DNA of 64,000 nt, from assembly GCF_009914755.1 (NCBI RefSeq), contig NC_060936.1. One strand, written 5' to 3'. The position numbers were made by a program, and so were the translations under genes. Positions 50,371 through 64,000 of this stretch are shown here, one piece after another (the first letter of the stretch is position 1; each line of letters begins with the position of its first letter). Source of the stretch: the human T2T-CHM13v2.0 reference genome, Homo sapiens. The notes under the pieces are model-generated. The model ran no database searches. It was not told the origin of the DNA and saw nothing but the letters and a program-made list of their open reading frames with translations.

Positions 50371-50637
50371 ACTGACATATATAAAATTGTATTTTTATCA
50401 TGTACACTCTAATGTTTTGAAATACATATATAAGTGGAATAGTTAAATTTAGCTAATTAACAAATGCATTATCTTACATAGTTACTTTTGTAGTGGAAAC
50501 ACTTAACATCTACTCTCTCAGCATATTTCAAAAATACAACATATTGTGGTTAAGAATAGTCACCCTGCTGCATAATAAATCTCTGCAATTTTTTCCTCCT
50601 AATTGTAATTATGTATGCTTTGACCAGTATCTCCTCA

Positions 50638-51089
50638 TGTGGGAGATCAGTCAGAGTGGTGGAAGAAGCTATAGGGAAGGAAGCAGGCCTTTAGAAAGGT
50701 CAGAAGGCTCTGCAAAACTTCAGGGGAGACTAAGCTGAAGATAGCTGTTCTCTTACCCTGAGGCAGAGCACAAGAAATAGGTATAAGGAAGTATAGGGGA
50801 ATTTATCTAAATAGGCTTGTCTACCCATGTTGTCCAGAAACTGACCTTTGACCATCCGTACACGTGACTGTTCCCAGTAAGGGGGAACAATAATGTTAAT
50901 TACACACAGATTGTGTTGGCTCCAGCCTTTCGGCATTATGTCTGTACTAAATAAAAGTGAGCAGCTCCAGCTTGTTGGGACTGCTACTCACTCTTTGGCA
51001 GTCCCCTAGCCACTCTTTCACCACATACCTGTGTCTGAGTACTCCTTTCATCTGTTGGTAGGCCAGGGTCTACCAGGATGGACCAGGCA
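50638..51089 (+). mobile_element. LTR22A-like solo LTR of HERV-K(HML-5)
   Basis: TGtgggagatcagtcagagtggtgg...gaccaggCA; perfect 6-bp TSD TCCTCA at 50632-50637 and 51090-51095; AATAAA at 50950-50955. Confidence 0.85.
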
Positions 51090-51160
51090 TCCTCAACTCC
51101 GCTGTTCTCCCAACCACCTGGCTTCTGGTAGCCACCATTCTACTCACTAATAACTAATTA

Positions 51161-51470
51161 ATTTTTATTTCAATAGCTTTTGGGGTAGATGTTGTTTTTC
51201 GTTACATGGGTGAATTCTATAATGATAAATTTTGATATTTTACATACCTGAGTAATGTACATTGTACCCAATATGTAGTTTTTTTATCCCTCAGTCCCCT
51301 TCCATCTTTCCCCTTCTGAGCCTCCTAAATCCACCACATCAATCTGTATGTCTTTGTATCTTCATGGCTTAGCTCCCAATGATAAGTGAGAACATACAGT
51401 ATTTGGTTTTCCATTCCTGAGTTACTTCACTTAGAATAATGTCCTCCAGTTCCATCCAAGTTCCTGCAAA
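51161..51470 (-). mobile_element. L1PB 3' end fragment
   Basis: ttttatttcaatagcttttggggtag...gagttacttcacttagaataatg. Confidence 0.8.
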
Positions 51471-53959
51471 ATTTTTCATCGTTATTATTTTTTTGCTATT
51501 GAGTTGTAGGATTTCCCCGTGTGCTTTAGAAATTAACCCCTTTTCATATATAAATGATTTATAATATTTTATTTTATTCTGCATATTTCTTTTTTACCCC
51601 ATTTATTGTCTCTGTTCTGTTCCATTGGTCTATATTTCTGTCTTTATGCTGGTACCATATTATATTAATTACTATAGCTTTAAAATACATTTTGTAATTA
51701 GGAAATATGAGGCAGCTTTATTCTTTCTCAATGCTTTTTTGGCTATTTGATGTCCTTCTTGGTTCCATATGTATTTTAGAATTGTTTGTTATATTTTTGT
51801 AAAAATACTATTGGGCTTTTGATAGGTATTGTATTGAATCTTTACATATATTTGGGTAGTATGGACATTTACTATTAATAAGTCCTTCAATTAATTAACA
51901 CAGAATGTCTTTCTAATTATTTATGGCTTCTTTATTTCCTCAGTGTCTTGAAGTATTTCATGCACAAGTCTTTCACCTTCTTAAATTTATTTTTGTGTTT
52001 TATTCTTTATGATTTTAGTGTAAATGGAATTGCTTTCCTAATGTCTTTTCAAATAGTACTTGGTTAATTCATAGAAATATAAGTAATATCTTATAATTAT
52101 TTTGTATCCTGCAACTTTACAGAATGTGTTTATTCAATTCTAACAGGTGTGTGTGTGTGTGCATGTGTCATCTTTAGGGTTTTCTATATACAAAATCATG
52201 CCATCTGCAAGTAGAGGCAATTTTACTTCTTTCTTTCAAGATTGAATGTCTTTTATTTCTTTTTCTTGGTTAATTGCTCTGGCATAAAATGGCAGGACTG
52301 TGTTGAATAGAAGTGATGAGAATGGCCATTCTTCCTTTGTTCCTGAAAGCTTTCTGTTTTTCACTCTTGAATTTAATGCTAGCTGTGAGCTTTTTAAATA
52401 TGCACTTCATTTTGTTGAGGCAATTTTTATCTATTCCTAGCTTGTTGAAAGTTTTTATCACAAAACATTGTTGGATTTTATCAAATGCTGTTTAACATCT
52501 GCATATTTGATCATGTAGATTTTGTCCTTTTTTTGTTAATGTGTTACATTACGCTTGGTGATATTTGTTAAACTTAGCATTTCAGGTATAAATCCCCCTT
52601 GAATATAGTGTAGTATCCTTTTTATATGCTATTAAATTTGGTTTACTAGTATTGTTTGAGGATTTTCTCCTCTGTCTTCATCAGATATATTGGTTTGTAG
52701 TTTTCTTCCTTTTGGTGTCTTTGTCTGGCTTTGGTATCAGAATAATGCTGGCCTTATAAAATTAGTTTGAAGATGTTCTCTTCTCTTCAATTTTTGGCAA
52801 GAGATTGGAATGGATTGCCATTAATATTTTCTTTAGCTATTTAGTAACACGCACCAGTAAAGCCATCTGGTCCTAAGTTTTTTGTTGAGAAGTATTTGAT
52901 TATTAATTCAATATTTTTACTGGTTGTAAATCTCTTTATATTTTCTATATTTTCTGTGTTTTATGTCTCCAGGAATTTATTTTTTCTTTCTTATCTAATT
53001 TTTGATGTATAATTTCTCATAGTAATCTCTTATGATTGTTTTATTTTTCTAGCATCAATTAAATGTCTCTACTTTCAGCTCTTATTTTGTTTGTTTGAGT
53101 CTTTTCTCTTTTGCTTAGTCTAGTTTAAAGTTTGTCAATTTTGCCTCTCTTTCAAAAAGATCAACACTTAGTTGTGTTGATATTTTTTCTAATGTTTTTT
53201 TTTCCATATTCTTTATTGTATTTATTTCTTCTCTAATCTTTTTTTCTCCTGCTAACTTTGGCCTTAGTTTGTTTTTCTTTTTATAATTTTGTGAGGTGTA
53301 AAATAGGTTGTTAGTTTAAGATAATTCTTTACTTTTTACTAGCATAATTATGTGATATTTATCAGTGTGTACTGAGAGCAAACAATGCCAGATGCTACTA
53401 GTGACCATAAATTAGAGAAATAACCTATGTTTTTTGGATATGGAAATGAAATTTACCCTACAAATGTAGATATTTTTTACTGAACACTTCCTCTTACTAC
53501 TGTTCTTGCTGCATCTCACATTTTAGAATGTTTTGTTTTTGATTCTCTTCGTATCTAAATATTTTCTAATTTCCCTTTTGATTTCTTTGACAATTTAATT
53601 ATTGAAAAGTTTGTTAGTATCCATATTTTTAAAATTTTCTACTTTTCTTTTTGATACTAATTTCCAGTTTTATTCCATTGTAGTTAGAAAAGATAATTGG
53701 TATGATTTTAATTTTAAATTTATCAAGACCTGTTGCATGATGTAACATGTGGTCTATCTTAGAAAATATTCCATTTCTATTTGAAAAGAATATACATTCT
53801 GTTTTTATTGAGTGAAGTATTCTCTATGTGTCTGTTACGTTCAATTGGTCTATAATGTTGTTGAAGTCCTCTGTTTCCTCATTGATTTTCTCTCTAGTCA
53901 TTCTATTTATAATTGAAAGTGAGATATTATGAAGTCAGCCTACTATGGAGGGCTAACTG

Positions 53960-54056
53960 TAATACACTATTTTATATAAGAGACTGGAGCATCCTTGGAT
54001 TTTGGTATCCATAGGGAGTCCTAGAACCATTGTTCACAGATACCAAGAGATGATTT
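53960..54056. mobile_element. MER2 fragment
   Basis: ttttatataagagactggagcatccttggatttggtatcc...gataccaagagatga. Confidence 0.7.
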
Positions 54057-54390
54057 TATTGTATTTCTCTATATTTCTCTTTTCAGTTCTGTCCATGTTT
54101 GCTTTATAGCTTTTGGGTCTTTGAGATTGGGTGAATATATTGGGTTGTATATTCTTGGTGAATTAACTTAAAAAATCATTTTATAATGTCCTTTTTGCAA
54201 CTTGAGACAGTTTTTTACTTAAACTCTTTTTCTTTCTTTGACAAATAGTTAGGTTGCAAATTTTCCAAACTTGTATGCTCTGCTTCCCCTTTAAATATAA
54301 CTTTCAACTTTAGGTCATTTCTTTGCTCTCATATCTGAGCATTGCATGTTAGAAGCAGCCAACCTATATCCTTAATGCTTTACTGCTTAG

Positions 54391-54735
<345 letters not shown>

Positions 54736-54796
54736 TTATTTCAGACTTCCACAGATCCCCTAGGGTATGAACAAAATGCAGCCAAGTACTTTGCCC

Positions 54797-54948
54797 GACA
54801 CCATGCCCGGCTTATTTTGTACTTTATTAGTGGAGACGGGGTTTCTCCATGTTGGTCAGGCTGGTCTCAAACTCCCGACCTCAGATGATCCACCCATCTC
54901 AGCCTCCCAAAGTGCTGGGATGACAGGCGTGAGCCACCGCGCCTGGCC
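54797..54948 (-). mobile_element. AluSp left arm only
   Basis: tttctccatgttggtcaggctgg...ctcccgacctcag Sp motifs; right arm and tail absent. Confidence 0.85.
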
Positions 54949-57577
54949 TATTTTATTTTCTATAGCCTCATAACAGAGGTGAGACTAGTGATTTTAGAGC
55001 CACACTTCCTGGCTTCTGTTTTTATTATTTTAATTATTTATTATTATTATTATTAATTTTGTTTTTTTGGGGGGGTTGTTTTGTTTTGCTAAGGCATAAC
55101 AAGAGTGACTTTTGCTCTAGCTCCCAATAACTGTCATTTCTATTTGAGACCTTTTCAGCATGAACTTCATTGTCCATGTCACGATCTGCATTTTGGTCAT
55201 AATCATTTATCAGTTTCCAAGAAGTTTCAAACTTTCCTTCATTTTCTTATCTTCTTCTGAGTCCTCCAAGCTCTTGTAAGCTCTGCTCATTACCTAGTTC
55301 CAAAGTCAAGTCCACATTTTCAGGTATCCTTATAGCAATGTCCCACTTCTTGGTAACAATTTTCTGTGTTAGGCCATTCTGGCATTCTTACACAAGAATG
55401 CATGAGACTGGCTAATTTATCAAGTAAAGAGGTTTAATTGGCTTATGATTCTGCAAGCTGTACAGGCATGGCACTGGCATTATCTCAGATTCTGAGGAGA
55501 CCCCAAGGAGCTTTTACTCCTGGCAGAAGTTAAAGCAGGAGCAGGCACATCACATGTTGAGAGAAAGAGCAAGGGGGAGGCAAGGTGCCACACACTTTTT
55601 AAGCAATCAGATCTTCTCCTGAGAACTCATACACTATTGCAAGGACAGCACCAAGCAATGAAGGATCAACCCCCATGACCCAAACACCTCCCACCAGGCC
55701 CTACCTCCAACATTGGATATTACATTTCAGCAGGAGATTTGAACAAGACAAATACCCAAACCATATCAGCCTCCAAGTCTTCATGGACTGGTATTGTATA
55801 GGAGAAAACTTTCTTCATTCAACCCCAGCAGAGCGTCTGTGGGCCTCTCAAATTTTGATTCTTTTTTAAACTGCTATCTTTTTGTTAGGAACTTTCAGAA
55901 TCTAGAGTATGTAGGGTCTCATGAGCACTTTTAGACAGTGGACAGAGAAGCCCGTCACTTGGTCAACTCCCAGAAAATTTTGAATATTTCACATGCTATC
56001 CAATTTTTTCCTTCCCAAGGAGAATTTGAAAACTGAGGTGTTTTCTTTGTTTTTTGTTTGTTTGTTTGTTTTTCTTTTCTTTTTTACCTCCTCACTCTGC
56101 ATAGATCTGGGAGCAGGGAGGAGCTGTAGCAAGTGCTCATGTGCTAATTTAAGCCACCATTTTTGTGCTCTTTGTAGCCCATTGGAAGCAAGCATATGCC
56201 TAGCCCCAAGATAGGCAAGACAATGACCAGCTGCTGGAGTTGGACACAGAAAAGATGAAATGTTAGGTTTGTGGTCGAAATATTTCCCTCCCCATAGAGA
56301 AGCTGGAGTTAAGTTTTTGTTTCTAATTTTTTTTAACTTGGTCATTCTGCCCTAAGCTATGGGCCAGGAGCTATGGGAATGCTTACATACTAGTTCAAGC
56401 TGCCTTCTTTATTTTCCGTAGCCTCCAAAGGTCTGGTATATGCTGAGTCCTGTCAACACTTCAAGATAGGTGATATAGAAGACAGTCGCAAGGGTAGTAC
56501 CTGAAAAGTTACAGTTTTGGATGTGCAGTCTCACTCTGTCTCTCCACAGGGATAAGCTGGAGATGCAGTTTTCTTACATTCAGTCTATGTTGAGCCAGGG
56601 AATAGAGCTATTGCAAGTGTTCATAGGCACTTGCAAATTTCTAGTTCCTCTTGAATGCATGGTATTATAATGAGGAGAGGAACAGCAAAGAGGTGTCTCC
56701 AATTTTCTTAAAAGTGTCAATGTAGCTAATATTGCACTTCCCTGGGGTACAATGGCCTGTCAACTAGCTTCTGGATTTTCCACTAATGGAATTGATCGCT
56801 GTATAATTGTTGAATAAAATATTGTTGAAAGAAAAAAGGGTCCAGTCCTTCCTATTAGGCTATCTTGCTGATAACTCATATTGGCTTTTTTTATTACTTA
56901 GATTGTTTATTTTATACCTGTTAAAAGAGTGCATTTACACTTGAGATATAGCATTTACATAATACTCTTATTCATGATTTAAAGAAAAATATGACTGAAA
57001 TAAAATGGTTAAATTATCCTTAACTTTTAGAGTCTAACTCTTCAGGGTTACTTTTAAACTCATATTTTCACTGTATTTTCTTATCCTCTGTGCTGTCAGG
57101 AGAGTTGGAAATGCTTATTTCAGGCATGGTGGGAAGCCCCTTTATTGACTCAGTAGATTTCTTGCAAACTGCTAAAATTTCATTGCTGACCCTTTCTTGA
57201 TTTTATTAGCTTGTGCCAATAGACATTTTCAGACAACAATGAGACGTCATAGTTCTTCCACAGGTAGTAATTAAACAGTCTGCAAGCTTAAATGTCCAGT
57301 GATAGAAACTGTCCAGTCATGTAATCAGAAAAGCCATCAAGTGCACACAAGCTCAGGCAATGACAACAATATCATGACTGATTCCTAGACAGTATCTGTT
57401 GCATTATGTCATCAAATGTTAGACTGATCCTAGTCTCAGAGATGACAAAAAATTAAAAGAAAAAAATCGTGTCTTGGAATTGAGGAAATGTAGTTTACTT
57501 TCTTCATACCATTATTTCCCTGAACCTATTGTATTTCAAAATGATTTTTGACTGGCTTCTATAATTATTTATTCTAG

Positions 57578-57820
57578 GCACTATCAGGATAACTCCTACT
57601 GATTCTCGATGGGTTGGAGCTTGGTGGCTTAATTTCCTTGTGTCTGGACTATTCTCCATTATTTCTTCCATACCATTCTTTTTCTTGCCCCAAACTCCAA
57701 ATAAACCACAAAAAGAAAGAAAAGCTTCACTGTCTTTGCATGTGCTGGAAACAAATGATGAAAAGGATCAAACAGCTAATTTGACCAATCAAGGAAAAAA
57801 TATTACCAAAAATGTGACTG
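57578..57820 (+). CDS. SLCO1B1: OATP1B1 exon 8 (c.728-970, 243 nt), with the OATP family signature
   Basis: Acceptor attctAG|GC; translates STIRITPTDSRWVGAWWLNFLVSGLFSIISSIPFFFLPQTPNKPQKERKAS...NITKNVT(G); donor CTG|gtaagt. Confidence 0.97.
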
Positions 57821-58814
57821 GTAAGTATTTAACATTCATTGTCAATTTGGAGTTGTTAATCTCAATGAAAAGGAAGAATGAGTATTCCAAAATAATAAAG
57901 CATACCCAACTCATCTGGAGTTGGCTTTCTTTTGCACTAAATTTAGATAAATTATTTTTCTAAAACTCCTATTAAAGTTAACATATATGTCTTGAGCACA
58001 TAACAAGTGGAAGAGAATTAGGTTTGTACTTTTTAGCAGGGAGAAACCAACAAAAGTTTACAAACATCCATTTTTTATGAGCCAAATAGTAAATATTAAT
58101 TTTAGTATTATATGGTCTAAACTGGGAGAGTTCAAAGAATTATAATATTTCATTCCTTCATTTATTCAACAAGTAGTACCAGGAACTGTACTATGCCCTG
58201 GTAATAAAACATTACCTCTATTTTTCAAGAACCTAGTGGGTGATGCTGAGAAATATATAGACAATAGCAATATAGTGCCTTAAGTATTATGGTGAAATTA
58301 AACTTAACTATTATCAGGTGTAGAGATGGATTAAGGAGAAGGAAGTCGGGAGAAGTTTCTCCCTATGTAATTAGAGTAATATTTATTTTGGTAATTATCT
58401 ATCTATCTATCTTATCTAAATATTCAAAATAAAGTGGAAGCAAAGGTGGTAGTTAAGATAATTAGACTAAGTAATGTAAATTAGGATGCATCAGCATTTG
58501 ACAGTGCCTCCTCTTTTGAATATAAACCCTGGGACTAATGGAGAACCATTGAGAGTCAATAAACAAAGAGAATGACTTGGCAGTAGCCAGAGCAAGATAT
58601 GTGAATCAGTGAGGTGTTGACAGCAGTTTTCAGATTTGGGAGAAATGGTGAAATAGCCAAAGCAATGCAACACTTAAACCCTCAGCATCTTTTTCAAGTT
58701 TTCTTTAAAGTAAGATGACAAATTCTCCAGTGTAGCCTAGGTTCTTCCTTTCATCAGGTCTTTTACTTATTACTTTATTGCTATTTTCTCCTTTCTATCA
58801 CACTAACCCAAGAG

Positions 58815-58990
58815 CAGTGGTGTTCTGGTACTCTTTATATTGGCTCATAGCAGAGGACTGTTAAGTTTCAGCTACATTGGTAGGTTGAAATTGTTCATGG
58901 CAAGAGAATTACCATGATTTATTACCATGGAAATTGGGATATACTACAAGTAGAAGTTTGTTTTCCTAAGAATCAGATGTTAAACATTTA
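58815..58990. mobile_element. MER63A-like hAT element
   Basis: cagtggtgttctgg...ttggtaggttgaaatt...gttaaacattta. Confidence 0.6.
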
Positions 58991-60368
58991 TGTTTTTAAA
59001 ATTTAACATTCACACTAAAAGTACTATACCAATAATTTTCATTTTGTATATGATGTTTCTACTGTACCAAATCAAATCTTTAAAAAATAGTAGATTGTCT
59101 AAACCTATAAGGAGCGGGGTTGACTGTGATCCAAACAGAACAGAGAGGATAATGAAGTTGTAAAAATAGGACAATTGTAGACATAATCTCTATTATGAAC
59201 AGTTTTTGTAGGTGTGACCCTAAGAAAGAGGATCTTAAGTATGTATCTATTAGGAATGGATAAAATAAGAATATATAGTCAGAAAAAATATTGAATTTAT
59301 TCCATATGCTCTTGAATAGAACTAAAACTGATTAGAATGAAAAGATGATTTCAGTTCATTACAAAAACAGTGTGTAAACAATGAGAACTTTTCAAAAGTG
59401 GAGGAAATTGCTTCCTAAGGTACTTAGTTTAATGCCACTTAAGTTGTTTATTGATCCACTTATTAATGATATATAGTAGATCATGACTATACAGAAGTTT
59501 ACACTGGATGACATTGAATTTCTCATCCTCAAAAATGCAACGCTTGTGTGAATGTATATACTCCATTTCTGTTGAAGAAAGGCCACAACTCACTTATAAT
59601 ACTTACAAATCAGGGATGGTTTTTCATGACTGGGGAGACCTGTGGAGAGAAATGTGGCACTTTTGCCCAAGAATTTTAAATGTTGTTTATTCCCACTATA
59701 CATTTTCTTATCTCTTCTTTTTTTCTTTTCTGTTTCTTTTCTCTAACTCCTTCTACTCCTTATTTCAAGCAGATGCAACTGTTTCGTAGCTGACATTAAA
59801 TGGATGTCTTAGTTCTGACCATATCTAATGAAAATCTTTAGAGATTTAAATAGAGAAAAATATTTCAAAGTCCGTATCATCCAACTCTCAGTAACCATAT
59901 CTTGGCTCTGTCTTGATGAACTCTGATACTTCCTACTGTTTTTCTAAGTAGTTCCTTCTACTTTTAAGTCCTATTACAGCTAGTTGACCTGGTGATCACA
60001 GATCCAAATGACATAATTTCTACCATGAACAGAAGTTAGAAGTTTGTTACCACAGCTGTTTGTAGGGATAGGTGGTTGTATTATTACTATTATAATACTA
60101 CTTGGGACACAATATTATCCCCTGGCTGCTTTCCTTGTATCTTAAGACAGAGGGTTAATAATATTGCCAAATTTACTGAGAAAGTATGTTATGGTAGAAG
60201 AGCTGTATACTAGAGAAACAGGAGGTCTGAGTCCTCATACTAAATTAATCTTTAAGAATTTTGAACCTCAATGGTCTTATTTCTGTGAGTTTTGAATTAT
60301 GCTGTCTTTACATTTCCATTTAATAGTTATATTTTTAATATAATACTTATATCATTAAGTACTAATAA

Positions 60369-60732
<364 letters not shown>

Positions 60733-61139
60733 TTCACTTTTGTTTTTTGAACAATTAGCATATTGTCTGGTACCCAGTTGAAAACCTAACATTTGCTGAA
60801 TGAATGAATAAGTGAATTAATATGTTTGCAATAGTATTGTAAAGTACCCAGGATAACCAAATATTAAGTGAAGAAAGCAAGTTACAAAACAGCACTTACG
60901 TATGACCCTATTTGAGGGTAAAATAAACTAAACTAATAAATATTAATATTCGTATGGAAAATATTGAAAGAATATATTTAAAAGCTGTGAACAGCCTGTG
61001 GTATTGCAGGCTATTCTCACTCTTTGTGTTATGTGTTTATAGAATTTTAAATCTTACATGACTTACGTTCACAAATTTTAGATATAAATGTATATTTAAG
61101 TTGCATTCAAATATTTTCTTTATTTTTACAATTTTACAG

Positions 61140-61304
61140 GTTTTTTCCAGTCTTTTAAAAGCATCCTTACTAATCCCCTGTATGTTATGTTTGTGCTTTT
61201 GACGTTGTTACAAGTAAGCAGCTATATTGGTGCTTTTACTTATGTCTTCAAATACGTAGAGCAACAGTATGGTCAGCCTTCATCTAAGGCTAACATCTTA
61301 TTGG
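61140..61304 (+). CDS. SLCO1B1: OATP1B1 exon 9 (c.971-1135, 165 nt)
   Basis: Acceptor ttttacAG|GT; translates GFFQSFKSILTNPLYVMFVLLTLLQVSSYIGAFTYVFKYVEQQYGQPSSKANILL(G); donor TGG|gtaaga. Confidence 0.97.
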
Positions 61305-62514
61305 GTAAGACATATTTTTTACTTGTGTGCTTAATAAGTGAAATAATACTAAATACTGTATTCCAAGTGGTATTTTATTGTGAAAGTGATTTTGTATTTT
61401 AGTAATACAGGATAAGTATAATTTTCTTGTATTCTTTCTCAAATGTTATTAAACATATAAAACTTGTGATGTCACTATTGCTCTGCATTTGAAGTTGCAT
61501 CTTATTTTAGATGAGTTCCTGAAAAAAATGTTGCAAATAAATGGACAATTTAGAGGTAGTATCTGTATAATTGGATCTTATAATTTAGTGCTAAGATCTG
61601 AGACAAACCCTTTTGTAATTATAATCATTATAATTCTATAATTTATGGACTTTGAAATCAAGACTCAGTTACTTACAAAAATATGACACTAATAGTTCCA
61701 AAAAGAGTATCGATTTAAATACATCAAAATATGCATAATTCAAAACAAATATATTTTACAGAGTATTTTTTGCTACAATATCTATTTTCAATGGCACATT
61801 TAGATGTGCTTATTAAGGAAAGTTTCCTTGTATTATTCTTCCCACAACTCTAGTATTGTAGACACATTATAGAAATTCAATATAAATATATGATGAATTA
61901 AACAACTTATCATGTGGTATGTAACTAGGTCATAAGTAAACAAGAAAATGAATGTACTGAAGCAGGAGACCAAGCTTCCAGATAATCTCTTTGTTGATCT
62001 TAAGATAAAAGTTTAAAATCGAAAAATAATGTTTTGACTCCCAGTAACCTAGCCTGAGCTTTTTCCTAGAGAAGACTTCATCTTTGTTAACTCTTATTAG
62101 ACAAAGATATGGAAAAGTTATAGGAGGGATTAAACATTATTAATCCTGTATGTAGAGCGATTTGTCAATTCAGGTTCTGTATGTTTTTTAACAAATGACA
62201 AAGATATATTAATTTTTATGTTGTTAAGCTCTGGGCAGATTTAGTGTGAGTTACTGAGGGTTAGAACTCTATCTGAGAGAGGCAAAAGGCTTTAGATGAA
62301 GTTCCATAGGCAGAAAGATGGTGTTTTGTTGTTGTTTATTTCCAGAAAAACAAAATTGCCTCATAGAAATTATCTGCTCCAACAAATATCCTCAGCCACA
62401 CTGCCTTTTGCTATTGAGGAAACCAAACTGTCATCATTGGCAGGAACAAATTACACAGATCCCCTACCACCATACTGCTATATCATTCTTCTTTTTAAAA
62501 AGTAATAAGATTGG

Positions 62515-63016
62515 CATTCTACTATAAAGATACATGCACACATATGTTTATTGCAGCACTATTTGCAATAGCAAAGACTTGGAACCAACCCAAATGACCA
62601 CCAATCATAGACTGGATAAAGAAAATGTGGCACATGTGTACCATGGAATACTATGCAGCCATAAAAAAGAATGAGTTTATGTCCTTTGCAGGGACATGGA
62701 TGAAGCTGGAAACCATCATTCTCAGCAAACTAACACAGGAACAGAAAACCAAACACTGCATGTTCCCACTCATAAGTGGGAGTTGAACAATGAGAACACA
62801 TGGACACAGGGAGGGGAACATCACACACCGGGGACTGTTGAGGGGTGGGAAGCAAGGGGAGGAAGAACATTAGGACAAATACCTAATGCATTCAGGGGTT
62901 AAAACCTAGATGACAGTTTGATAGGTGCAGCAAACCACCATGGCACATGTATATGTATGTAACAAACATGCACATTCTGCACATGTATCCCAGAACTTAA
63001 AGTAAAATTTTAAAAA
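62515..63016 (+). mobile_element. 5'-truncated L1PA8-like 3' end
   Basis: L1 ORF2 end and 3'UTR with ttaaaacctagatgac; TSD aagtaataagattg/aagcaataatattg. Confidence 0.9.
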
Positions 63017-63122
63017 GAAGCAATAATATTGAATAAATTTGATTGACATACATTGTGTTTCATCTATAAAGACATATCAGAAAACTCATATATGATTACA
63101 ACTTTTTTTCTTTTTTTTCTAG

Positions 63123-63318
63123 GAGTCATAACCATACCTATTTTTGCAAGTGGAATGTTTTTAGGAGGATATATCATTAAAAAATTCAAACTGAACACCG
63201 TTGGAATTGCCAAATTCTCATGTTTTACTGCTGTGATGTCATTGTCCTTTTACCTATTATATTTTTTCATACTCTGTGAAAACAAATCAGTTGCCGGACT
63301 AACCATGACCTATGATGG
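63123..63318 (+). CDS. SLCO1B1: OATP1B1 exon 10 (c.1136-1331, 196 nt)
   Basis: Acceptor ttttttttctAG|GA; translates GVITIPIFASGMFLGGYIIKKFKLNTVGIAKFSCFTAVMSLSFYLLYFFILCENKSVAGLTMTYD(G); donor GG|gtttgt. Confidence 0.95.
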
Positions 63319-63527
63319 GTTTGTATATATCACTATATCAATTGCATAATATGTTAACCATCAAATTAAGAGTCTCTGTATAAGTAATATAAGGCAGAAA
63401 ACAATTTTAACTAAACTTTCTTTAAGTTAAGAGAAATTTCAATTTTAAAATTTTTAAAATATCTGTTTCTTAAGACCTCAAACACATTCTTTTATTCCTC
63501 CACTAAAGAGAAGCAACATAGGTTGTA

Positions 63528-63705
63528 ATAATAATAACTATTATTTATGTGGTACTTACAATTAGTAGTGGGTACTTTTATCATTATTTTATGAATGGGA
63601 AAAGTAAGGCTTAGAGAAATACATGGATTACACAGCTAGCATTATTAAGATTCTAACTCAAATTTGAGTTTTTTAAGTCCAAAACTCTTAGTCTTAACCA
63701 CCACT
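63528..63705 (-). mobile_element. MIR fragment
   Basis: aataataataactattatttatgtgg...attttatgaatgggaaaagtaaggcttagaga. Confidence 0.6.
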
Positions 63706-64000
63706 GTAATCTTGGATGGATCATAAGAGTTACATAAATGGCATTAGCCAAAAGTGACTAAACAACTTTTATCTACAGTTCATATCGATGTTCAACAACT
63801 ATCTTAACAAAAGAACACTTTTAATGTTGTACTGAATTTTCTTTTTTGCAAGCTAATATTGTTTTTTTCTGATATTATCTACATTGGAAGTAGCATTAAG
63901 AAATATTCTATATATAATTGCATATTAGACATTGAAGAATCTTTACTTTTCCATGATTACCATGTATAGCAAAGTATTTTTAGTGCAACAGTCTCCACCT

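Noticed and set aside
61211-61219. Cryptic donor CAA|GTAAGC inside exon 9, and TTT|GTGAGT in exon 4 at 35230
   Set aside because: The authentic donors are at least as strong, such decoys are common, and the sequence gives no evidence of use.

Overview
Human genomic DNA, AT-rich and repeat-dense, from the SLCO1B1 gene (liver organic anion transporter OATP1B1) on the + strand. I assembled nine exons by hand (exon 2 with the ATG through exon 10). All have GT-AG boundaries and join into one open frame for residues 1-444. Non-coding exon 1 and exons 11-15 lie outside the window. Alleles read from the sequence are c.388A (N130), c.463C (P155), c.521T (V174), c.597C, and synonymous c.571C. The introns are mostly transposon-derived: 11 Alus, several L1s, MaLR and HERV-K(HML-5) LTRs, Tigger/hAT DNA elements, MIR and L2. 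Repeat subfamily names come from recalled consensus sequences and need RepeatMasker confirmation. I found no new gene or new biological system I can support. The best leads are cryptic RNA-processing features, all unverified for expression: (1) a sense THE1B LTR whose ATG and splice donor are in frame with exon 6; (2) an antisense Alu with an OAT-type created donor predicting a 142-nt exon; (3) a twin-primed L1 whose inverted 5'UTR puts a promoter and donor upstream of the in-frame Met29 of exon 3; (4) an overlapping uORF across the start codon; (5) a multi-level transposon nest filling most of intron 7.
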